NCBI RefSeq assembly: GCF_009914755.1
Contig: NC_060933.1
Direction: 5' to 3' (one strand)
From: the human T2T-CHM13v2.0 reference genome, Homo sapiens
DNA: 64,000 nt
The position numbers were made by a program, and so were the translations under genes. The notes beneath the pieces were generated by a model. The model had not been told where the DNA came from and did not search any database. It saw nothing but the letters and a program-made list of their open reading frames with translations. Below, piece after piece: positions 14,640 to 25,923 of the stretch. Position 1 is the first letter of the stretch. Each line of letters begins with the position of its first letter.

Positions 14640-17600
14640 GGAACGGAACGGAATGGAATGGATTGGAATGGAATGGAATGGAATGGAACGGAAAGGAATG
14701 GAATGGAATGGAATGGAATGGAATGGAATGGAATGGAATCAACGCGAGTGCAGGGGAATGGAATGGAATGGAATGCAATGGAATGGAATCTTCCGGAATG
14801 GAATGGAATGGAATGGAATGGAATGGAATGGAATGGAATCAACCCGAGTGCAATGGAATGGAGTGGAATGGAATGGAATGGAACAACCCGAATGGAATGG
14901 AATGTAACGGAGAGTAAGGGAGTTGAATAGAATCAATCCGAATGTAATGGAATGGAATGGAACGGAATGGAATTGAATGGAATGGAATGGAATGCAATGG
15001 AATGGAATCAACCCGAGTGCAATGGAATGGAGAGGAATGGAATGGAATGGAATGGAATGGAAACTACCCGAATGGAATGGAATGTAATGGAGTGTAAGGG
15101 AATTGAATGGAATCAATCCGAATGTAAAGGAATGGAATAGAACGGAATGGAATGGAATGGAAAGGAATGGAATGGAATGCAATGGAATGGAATCAACCCG
15201 AGTGCAATCGAATGGAATCGAATTGAATGGAATGCAATGGAATGGATTCAACTTGAATGGAATGGAAAGAATGGAATCAACACGAGTGGAATGGCATGGA
15301 TTGGAATGGAATGGAATGGAATCAACCCGAGTACAGGGGAATGGAATGGAATGGAATGCAATGGAATGGAATCATCCATAATGGAATGGAAAGGAATGGA
15401 ATGGAATGGAATGGAAAGGAATGGAATGGAATGGAATGGAATGGAATCAACTCGATTGCAGTCGAATGGAATGGAATGGAATTAACCCGAATAGAATGGA
15501 ATGGAATGAAATGGAACGGAACGGAATGGAATGGAATGGAATGGAATGGAACGGAACGGAATGGAATGGAATGGAATGGAATGGAATCAACGCGAGTGCA
15601 GGGGAATGGAATGGAATGGAATGCAATGGAATGGAATCTTCCAGAATGGAATGGAATGGAATGGAATGGAATGAAATCCAATGGATTCAACTCGATTGCA
15701 ATGGGATGGAATAGAATGGAATGGAATGGAATGGAATGAAATTAATTCGAATAGAATGGAATGGAATGGAATGGAACGGAATGGAACGGAATGGAAAGGA
15801 ATGGAATGGAATGGTATGGAATGGAATGGAATGCAATGGAATGGAATCAACCCGAGTACAATGGAATGGAATGGAATGGAATGGAATGGAATGGAATGGA
15901 ATGGAATCAACGCGAGAGCAGGGGAATGTAATGGAACGGAATGCAATGGAATGGAATCATCCGGAATGGAATGGAATGGAATGGAATGGAATGGAATGGA
16001 ATGGAATGGAATCAACCCGAGTGCAATGGAATGGAGTGGAATGTAATGGAATGGAATGGAACAAACCGAATGGAATGGAATGTAATGGAGAATAAGGGTG
16101 TTGAATAGAATCAATCCGAATGTAATGGAATGGAATGGAACGGAATGGAATGGAATGGAATGGAATGGAATGCAATGGAATGTAATGGAATGGAATCAAC
16201 CCGAGTGCAATCGAATGGAATCGAATGGAATGGAATGCAATGGAATGGATTCAACTTGAATGGAATGGAAAGAATGGAATCAACACGAGTGGAATGGCAT
16301 GGATTGGAATGGAATGGAATGGAATCAACCCGAGTACAGGGGAATGGAATGGAATGGAATGCAATGGAATGGAATCATCCGTAATGGAATGGAAAGCAAT
16401 GGAATGGAATGGAATCAACTCTATTGCAATCGAATGGAATGGAATGGAATTAACCCGAATAGAATGGAATGGAATGGAATGGAACGGAACAGAATGGAAT
16501 GGAATGGAATGGAATGGAATGGAATGGAATGGAACGGAACGGAATGGAACGGAATGGAATGGAATGGAATGGAATGGAATGGAATGGAATGGAATTAATC
16601 CGAATAGAATGGAATGGAATGCAATGGAACGGAATGGAACGGAATGGAATGGAATGGAATGGAATGGAATGGAATGGTATGGAATGGAATGGAATGGTAC
16701 GGAATAGAATGGAATGGAACGAATTGTAATGGAATGGAATTGAATGGAATGGAATGGAATGGAATGGAATGCAATGGAATTGAATCAACCCGAGTACAAT
16801 GGAATGGAATGGAATGGAATGGAATGGAATGGAATGGAATGGAATGATACGGAATAGAATGGAATGGAACGAAATGGAATGGAATGGAATGAAATGGAAT
16901 GCAATGGAATGGAATGGAATCATCCGGAATGGAATTGAATGGAATGGAATGGAATGGAATCAACCCGACTGCAGGGGAATGGAATGGAATGGAATGCAAT
17001 GGAATGGATTCAACTTGAATGGAATGGAAAGAATGGAATCAACACGAGTGGAATGGCATGGATTGGAATGGAATGGAATGGAATCAACCCGAGTACAGGG
17101 GAATGGAATGGAATGGAATGCAATGGAATGGAATCATCCGTAATGCAATGGAATGGAAAGGAATGGAATGGAATGGAATGGAATGGAATGGAATGGAATA
17201 GAATGGAATGGAAACAACTCGATTGCAATCGAATGGAATGGAATGGAATTAACCCGAATAGAATGGAATGGAATGAAATGGAACGGAACGGAATGGAACG
17301 GAATGGAATGGATTGGAATGGAATGGAATGGAATGGAACGGAAAGGAATGGAATGGAATGGAATGGAATGGAATGGAATGGAATGGAATGGAATCAACGC
17401 GAGTGCAGGGGAATGGAATGGAATGGAATGCAATGGAATGGAATCTTCCGGAATGGAATGGAATGGAATGGAATGGAATGGAATGGAATGGAATGGAATC
17501 AACCCGAGTGCAATGGAATGGAGTGGAATGGAATGGAATGGAACAACCCGAATGGAATGGAATGTAACGGAGAGTAAGGGAGTTGAATAGAATCAATCCG

Positions 17601-18800
17601 AATGTAATGGAATGGAATGGAACGGAATGGAATTGAATGGAATTGAATGGAATGCAATGGAATGGAATCAACCCGAGTGCAATGGAATGGAGAGGAATGG
17701 AATGGAATGGAATGGAATGGAAACTACCCGAATGGAATGGAATGTAATGGAGTGTAAGGGAATTGAATGGAATCAATCCGAATGTAAAGGAATGGAATGG
17801 AACGGAATGGAATGGAATGGAAAGGAATGGAATGGAATGCAATGGAATGGAATCAACCCGAGTGCAATCGAATGGAATCGAATTGAATGGAATGCAATGG
17901 AATGGATTCAACTTGAATGGAATGGAAAGAATGGAATCAACACGAGTGGAATGGCATGGATTGGAATGGAATGGAATGGAATCAACCCGAGTACAGGGGA
18001 ATGGAATGGAATGGAATGCAATGGAATGGAATCATCCATAATGGAATGGAAAGGAATGGAATGGAATGGAATGGAAAGGAATGGAATGGAATGGAATGGA
18101 ATGGAATCAACTCGATTGCAGTCGAATGGAATGGAATGGAATTAACCCGAATAGAATGGAATGGAATGAAATGGAACGGAACGGAATGGAATGGAATGGA
18201 ATGGAATGGAACGGAACGGAATGGAATGGAATGGAATGGAATGGAATCAACGCGAGTGCAGGGGAATGGAATGGAATGGAATGCAATGGAATGGAATCTT
18301 CCAGAATGGAATGGAATGGAATGGAATGGAATGAAATGCAATGGATTCAACTCGATTGCAATGGGATGGAATAGAATGGAATGGAATGGAATGGAATGAA
18401 ATTAATTCAAATAGAATGGAATGGAATGGAATGGAACGGAATGGAACGGAATGGAAAGGAATGGAATGGAATGGTATGGAATGGAATGGAATGCAATGGA
18501 ATGGAATCAACCCGAGTACAATGGAATGGAATGGAATGGAATGGAATGGAATGGAATGGAATGGAATCAACGCGAGAGCAGGGGAATGTAATGGAACGGA
18601 ATGCAATGGAATGGAATCATCCGGAATGGAATGGAATGGAATGGAATGGAATGGAATGGAATGGAATGGAATCAACCCGAGTGCAATGGAATGGAGTGGA
18701 ATGTAATGGAATGGAATGGAACAACCCGAATGGAATGGAATGTAATGGAGAGTAAGGGTGTTGAATAGAATCAATCCGAATGTAATGGAATGGAATGCAA
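14640..18800 (+). repeat. ~1.5-kb near-identical block duplication ~14640-16140 / ~17290-18800 (offset 2660)
   Basis: ORF pairs 15103/17763, 15257/17917, 15681/18341 and 15721/18381 are all offset by 2660. Shared variants CATCCATAAT, GATTGCAGTCG, ATGGGATGG, AAATTAATTC and TAAGGGTGTTG. Confidence 0.9.
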
Positions 18801-21649
18801 CGGAATGGAATGGAATGGAATGGAATGGAATGCAATGGAATTGAATCAACCCGAGTACAATGGAATGGAATGGAATGGAATGGAATGGAATGGAATGGAA
18901 TGATACGGAATAGAATGGAATGGAACGAAATGGAATGGAATGGAATGGAATGGAATGGAATGGAATGGAATGGAATCGTTCCGAGTGGAATAGGAGGGAA
19001 TGTATTCGAGTGGAATGGAAAGGAATGGAATCAACCAGAGTGGAATGGAAGGGAATGGAATGGAATGGAAACTAATAGAATGGAATCAACCCGAGAGGAA
19101 TAGAATGGAAAGGACTGGAATGGTATGGAATGGAATGGAATCAACTCGATTGTAATGCAATGGAATGGAATGGAATGGAATGGAATGGAATTAACCCGAA
19201 TACAATGCAATGGAATGGAATGGAACGGAATGGAGTGGAATGGAATGGAATCAACCCGAGTGCAGGGGAATGGAATGGAATGGAATGCAATGGAATGGAA
19301 TCATCCGGAATGGAATGGAATGGAATGGAATGCAAAGCAATGGAATCAACTAGATTGCAATGGAATGGAATGGAATGGAAAGGAATACATTGGAATCAAC
19401 CCGAGTGGAATGGAATGGAAAGGACTGGAATGGAGTGGAATGGAATGGAATGGAATGGAATGGAATCAACTCGATTGGAATGGAATGGAATGGAATGGAA
19501 TGGAATGAAATGGAATTAACCCGAATAGAATGGAATGGAATGGAATGGAACGGAACGGAACGGAATGGAATGGAATGGAATGGAATGGAATGGAATGGAA
19601 TGGAAAAAAACCGACTGCAGGGGAATGGAATGCAATGGAATGCAATGGAATGGATTCCACTTGAATGGAATGGAAAGAATGGAATCAACACGAGTGGAAT
19701 GGCATGGATTGGAATGGAATGGAATGGAATCAACCCGAGTGCAATGGAATGGAGTGGAATGGAATGGAATGGAATAGAACAACCCGAATGGAATGGAATG
19801 TAATGGAGAGTAAGGGAGTTGAATAGAATCAATCCGAATGTAATGGAATGGAATGGAACGGAATGGAATTGAATGGAATGGAATGGAATGCAATGGAATC
19901 GAATCAACCCAAGTGCAATGGAATGGAGAGGAATGGAATGGAATGGAATGGAAACTACCCGAATGGAATGGAATGTAATGGAGTGTAAGGGAATTGAATA
20001 GAATCAATCCGAATGTAATGGAATGGAATGGAACGGAATGGAATGGAATGGAATGGAATGGAATGCAATGGAATGTAATGGAATGGAATCAACCCGAGTG
20101 CAATCGAATGGAATCGAATGGAATGGAATGCAATGGAATGGATTCAACTTGAATGGAATGGAAAGAATGGAATCAACACGAGTGGAATGGCATGGATTGG
20201 AATGGAATGGAATGGAATCAACCCGAGTACAGGGGAATGGAATGGAATGGAATGCAATGGAATGGAATGGAATGCAATGGAATGGAATCATCCGTAATGG
20301 AATGGAAAGCAATGGAATGGAATGGAATCAACTCGATTGCAATCGAATGGAATGGAATGGAATTAACCCGAATAGAATGGAATGGAATGGAATGGAACGG
20401 AACAGAATGGAATGGAATGGAATGGAATGGAATGGAATGGAACGGAACGGAATGGAACGGAATGGAATGGAATGGAATGGAATGGAATGGAATGGAATTA
20501 ATCCGAATAGAATGGAATGGAATGCAATGGAACGGAATGGAACGGAATGGAATGGAATGGAATGGAATGGAATGGTATGGAATGGAATGGAATGGTACGG
20601 AATAGAATGGAATGGAACGAATTGTAATGGAATGGAATTGAATGGAATGGAATGGAATGGAATGGAATGCAATGGAATTGAATCAACCCGAGTACAATGG
20701 AATGGAATGGAATGGAATGGAATGGAATGGAATGGAATGATACGGAATAGAATGGAATGGAACGAAATGGAATGGAATGGAATGGAATGGAATGCAATGG
20801 AATGGAATGGAATCATCCGGAATGGAATGGAATGGAATGGAATGGAATGGAATCAACTCGATTTCAATGGAATGGAATGGAATAGAATGGAATGGAATAA
20901 ACACGAAAGAATGGAATGGAATGGAATGGAATGGAAAAGAAAGGAATGGAATGGAATGGAATAGAATCAACCCAAGTGCAGGGGAATGGAATGCAATGGA
21001 ATTCAATGGAATGGAATCATCCGGAATGGAATGGAATGGAATGGAATGGAATGGAATGGAATGGAATCAACCCGAGTGCAATGGAATGGAGAGGAATGGA
21101 ATGGAATGGAATGGAAACTACACGAATGGAATGGAATGTAATGGAGTGTAAGGGAATTGAATAGAATGAATCCGAATGGAATGGAATGGAATGGAATGGA
21201 AAGGATTGGAATGGAATGGAATGGAATGCAATGCCATGGAATCAACCCGAGTGCAATCGAATGGAATCGAATTGAATGGAATGCAATGTAATGGATTCAA
21301 CTTGAATGGAATGGAAAGAATGGAATCAACACGAGTGCAATGGCATGGATTGGAATGGAATGGAATGGAATCAACTCGATTGCAATCGAATGGAATGGAA
21401 TGGAATCAACCCGAGTGCAGGGGAATGGAATGGAATTTAATGCAATGGAATGGAATCATCCGGAATGGAATGGAATGGAATGGAATGCAAAGCAATGGAA
21501 TCAACTCGATTGCAATGGAATGGAATGGAATGGAAAGGAATACATTGGAATCACCCCGAGTGGAATGGAATGGAAAGGACTGGAATGGAGTGGAATGGAA
21601 TGGAATGGAATGGAAAGGAATCAACTCGATTGGAATGCAATGGAATGGA

Positions 21650-24600
21650 ATCATCCGGAATGGAATGGAATGGAATGGAATGGAATGGAATGGAATGGAA
21701 TGGAATCAACCCGAGTGCAATGGAATGGAGTGGAATGGAATGGAATGGAATGGAACAACCCGAATGGAATGGAATGTAATGGAGAGTAAGGGAGTTGAAT
21801 AGAATCAATCTGAATGTAATGGAATAGAATGCAACGGAATGGAATGGAATGGAATGGAATGGAATGGAATGGAATGCAATGGAATGGAATCAACCCGAGT
21901 ACAATGGAATGCAATGGAATGGAATGGAATGGAATGGAATGGAAGGGAATGGAATGGATTGGAATGCCTTCAAACCGAATGGAATGGAAAGGAATGGAAT
22001 CAACACGAATGGAATGGAATGGAATGGAATGGAATGGAATCAACCCGAGTGCAATGGAATGGAGTGGAATGTAATGGAATGGAATGGAACAACCCGAATG
22101 GAATGGAATGTAATGGAGAGTAAGGGTGTTGAATAGAATCAATCCGAATGTAATGGAATGGAATGCAACGGAATGGAATGGAATGGAATGGAATGGAATG
22201 CAATGGAATTGAATCAACCCGAGTACAATGGAATGGAATGGAATGGAATGGAATGGAATGGAATGGAATGGAATGGAATGATACGGAATGGAATGGAATG
22301 GAACGAAATGGAATGGAATGGAATGGAATGGAATGGAATGGAATGGAATGGAATCGTTCCGAGTGGAATAGGAGGGAATGTATTCGAGTGGAATGGAAAG
22401 GAATGGAATCAACCAGAGTGGAATGGAAGGGAATGGAATGGAATGGAAACTAATAGAATGGAATCAACCCGAGTGGAATGGAATGGAAAGGACTGGAATG
22501 GAATGGAATGGAATGTAATAAACTCGATTGTAATGGAATGGAATGGAATGGAATGGAATGGAATGGAATGGAATTAACCCGAATACAATGGAATGGAATG
22601 GAATGGAACGGAATGGAGTGGAATGGAATGGAATCAACCCGAGTGCAGGGGAATGGAATGGAATGCAATGCAATGGAATGGAATCATCCGGAATGGAATG
22701 GAATGGAATGGAATGCAAAGCAATGGAATCAACTCGATTGCAATGGAATGGAATGGAATGGAAAGGAATACATTGGAATCAACCCGAGTGGAATGGAATG
22801 GAAAGGACTGGAATGGAGTGGAATGGAATGGAATGGAATGGAATGGAATTTAATGGAATGGAATCAACTTGATTGGAATGGAATGGAATGGAATGGAATG
22901 GAATGGAATGGAATTAAACCGAATAGAAAGGAATGGAATGGAATGGAACGGAACGGAACGGAACGGAATGGAATGGAATGGAATGGAATGGAATCAACGC
23001 GAGTGCAGGGGAATGGAATGGAATGGAATGCAATGGAATGGAATCTTCCAGAATGGAATGGAATGGAATGGAATGGAATGCAATGGATTCAACTCGATTG
23101 CAATGGAATGGAATAGAATGGAATGGAATGGAATGGAATGGAATTAACCCGAATAGAATGGAATGGAATGGAATGGAACGGAAAGGAACGGAATGGAATG
23201 GAATGGAATGGAATGGTATGGAATGGAATGGAATGGTACGGAAGAGAATGGAATGGAAAGAATTGGAATGGAATGGAATCGAATGGAATGGAATGGAATG
23301 GAATGGAATGGAATCAACCCGAGTGCAGGGGAATGTAATGGAACGGAATGTAATGGAATGGAATCATCCGGAATGGAATGGAATGGAATGGAATGGAATG
23401 GAATGGAACCAACACGATTGTGATGGAATGGAATGGAATGGAATGGAATGGAATGGAATTAACCCGAATACAATGCAATGGAATGGAATGGAACGGAATG
23501 GAGTGGAATGGAATGGAATCAACCCGAGTGCAGGGGAATGGAATGGAATGGAATGCAATGGAATGGAATCATCCGGAATGGAATGGAATGGAGTGGAATG
23601 CAAAGCAATGGAATCAACTCGATTGCAATGGAATGGAATGGAATGGAAAGGAATACATTGGAATCAACCCGAGTGGAATGGAATGGAAAGGACTAGAATG
23701 GAGTGGAATGGAATGGAGTGGAATGGAATGGAATCAACTCGATTGGAATGGAATGGAATGGAATGGAATTAACCCGAATATAATGGAATGGAATAGAATG
23801 GAATGGAACGGAACGGAGTGGAATGGAATGGATTGGAATGGAATGGAATGGAATGGAATCAACCCGACTGCAGGGGAATGGAATGGAATGGAATGCAATG
23901 GAATGGATTCAACTTGAATGGAATGGAAAGAATGGAATCAACACGAGTTGAATGGCATGGATTGGAATGGAATGGAATGGAATCAACCCGAGTACAGGGG
24001 AATGGATTGGAATGGAATGCAATGGAATGGAATCATCCGTAACGGAATGGAAAGGAATGGAATGGAATGGAATGGAATGGAATGGAATGGAATGGAATCA
24101 ACTCGATTGCAATCGAATGGAATGGAATGGAATTAACCCGAATAGAATGGAATGCAATGGAATGGAACGGAACGGAATGGAATGGAATGGAATGGAATGG
24201 AACGGAACGGAATAGAATGGAATGGAACGAATTGTAATGGAATGGAATTGAATGGAATGGAAAGGAATGGAATCAACGCGAGTGCAGGGGAATGTAATGG
24301 AACGGAATGCAATGGAATGGAATCATCCGGAATGGAATGGAATGGAATGGAATGGAATGGAATGGAATGGAATGGAATGGAATCAACCCGAGTGCAATGG
24401 AATGGAGTGGAATGGAATGGAATGGAATGGAACAACCCGAATGGAATGGAATGTAATGGAGAGTAAGGGAGTTGAATAGAATCAATCTGAATGTAATGGA
24501 ATAGAATGCAACGGAATGGAATGGAATGGAATGGAATGGAATGGAATGGAATGCAAAGGAATGGAATCAACCCGAGTACAATGGAATGGAATGGAATGGA

Positions 24601-24870
24601 ATGGAATGGAATGGAATGGAAGGGAATGGAATGGATTGGAATGCCTTCAAACCGAATGGAATGGAAAGGAATGGAATCAACACGAATGGAATGGAATGGA
24701 ATGGAATGGAATGGAATCAACCCGAGTGCAATGGAATGGAGTGGAATGTAATGGAATGGAATGGAACAACCCGAATGGAATGGAATGTAATGGAGAGTAA
24801 GGGTGTTGAATAGAATCAATCCGAATGTAATGGAATGGAATGCAACGGAATGGAATGGAATGGAATGGAA
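21650..24870 (+). repeat. ~550-bp block duplication ~21650-22200 / ~24320-24870 (offset 2677)
   Basis: ORF pairs 21829/24506, 21839/24516 and 21849/24526. Shared AATCTGAATGTAATGGAATAGAATGCAAC and GGATTGGAATGCCTTC. Confidence 0.85.
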
Positions 24871-25355
24871 TGGAATGGAAGTAAACCGAATAGAATGGAA
24901 TGGAATGGAATGGAACCGAACGGAACGGAACGGAACGGAACGGAGTGGAATGGAATGGAATGGAATTGTATGGAATGGAATGGCATGGTACGGAATAGAA
25001 TGGAATGGAAAGAATTGGAATGGAATGGAATCGAATGGAATGGAATGGAATGGAATGGAATCAACCCGAGTGCAGGGGAATGTAATGGAACGGAATGCAA
25101 TGGAATGGAATCATCCGGAATGGAATGGACTGGAATGGAATGGAATGGAATGGAATGGAATGGAATCAACCCGCGTGCAATGGAATGGAGTGGAACGGAA
25201 TGGAATGGAATAGAACAACCCGAATGGAATGGAATGTAATGGAGAGTAAGGGAGTTCAATAGAATCAATCCGAATGTAATGGAATGGAACGGAATGGAAT
25301 GGAATGGAATGGAATGGAATGCAATGGAATGGAATCAACCCGAGTACAATGGAAC

Positions 25356-25405
25356 GTAATGTAATGTAATGTAATGTAATGTAATGTAATGTAATGTAAT
25401 GTAAT
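25356..25405 (+). repeat. (GTAAT)10 variant-pentamer microsatellite
   Basis: Ten uninterrupted GTAAT units between CCCGAGTACAATGGAAC and GGAAT. Confidence 0.95.
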
Positions 25406-25709
25406 GGAATGGAATGGAATGGAATCAACCCGAGTGCAATGGAATGGAGAGGAATGGAATGGAATGGAATGGAAACTACCCGAATGGAATGGAATGGAAT
25501 GGAGTGTAAGGGAATTGAATAGAATCAATCCGAAAGGAATGGAATGGAATGGATCGGAATGTAATGTAATGGAATGGAATGGAATCAACCCGAGTGCAGG
25601 GGAATGGAATGGAATGGAATGCAATGGAATGGAATCATCCGGAATGGAATGGAATGGAATGCAATGGAATGGAATGGAATGGAATGAACCTGAGTGCAAT
25701 GGAATGGAC

Positions 25710-25923
25710 TGAAATGGAATGGAATGGAATGGAAACAACCAGAATGCAATGGAATGCACTCGGGTTGATTCCATTCCATTGCATTCCATTCCATTCCATT
25801 CCATTCCATTCCTTTCCGTTCCATTCCATTTCATTACATTCAGATTGATTCTATTCAATTCCCTTACACTCCATTATATTCCAATCCATTCTGGTTGTTT
25901 CCATTCCATTCCATTCCATTTCA
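25710..25923. repeat. Perfect 37-bp inverted repeat bracketing the breakpoint (arms 25710-25746 and 25887-25923, 140-bp spacer); core of a longer imperfect inverted repeat
   Basis: TGAAATGGAATGGAATGGAATGGAAACAACCAGAATG versus CATTCTGGTTGTTTCCATTCCATTCCATTCCATTTCA. Motif order stays mirrored out to about 25150 and 26420. Confidence 0.9.
25755..25758. other. Intra-array inversion breakpoint at TGCA microhomology
   Basis: ...AGAATGCAATGGAA[TGCA]CTCGGGTTGATTCC... TGCA fits both the left consensus GGAATGCA(AT) and the right consensus (CAT)TGCACTCGGG. ORFs 25579..25848(+) and 25265..25858(-) switch from WNGME to FHSIP here. Confidence 0.95.

Larger units (their letters stand above)
1..25758 (+). 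repeat. Human Satellite III (HSat3) array, left arm, GGAAT (G-rich) strand on +
   Basis: Continuous (GGAAT)n with the interspersed CAACCCGAGT decamer diagnostic of satellite 3, plus CAACTCGATT, TTAACCCGAAT and CATCCGG variants. No unique sequence. Confidence 0.97.

Noticed and set aside
19604-19610. A7 run (GGAAAAAAACCGACTGC)
   Set aside because: Length-neutral substitution of AATCAAC; no target-site duplication or retro-element body.
25265-25858. Chimeric junction-spanning ORFs (WNGME to FHSIP, with LHYIT repeats)
   Set aside because: By-products of the inversion and the GTAAT run; useful only as markers of the breakpoint.
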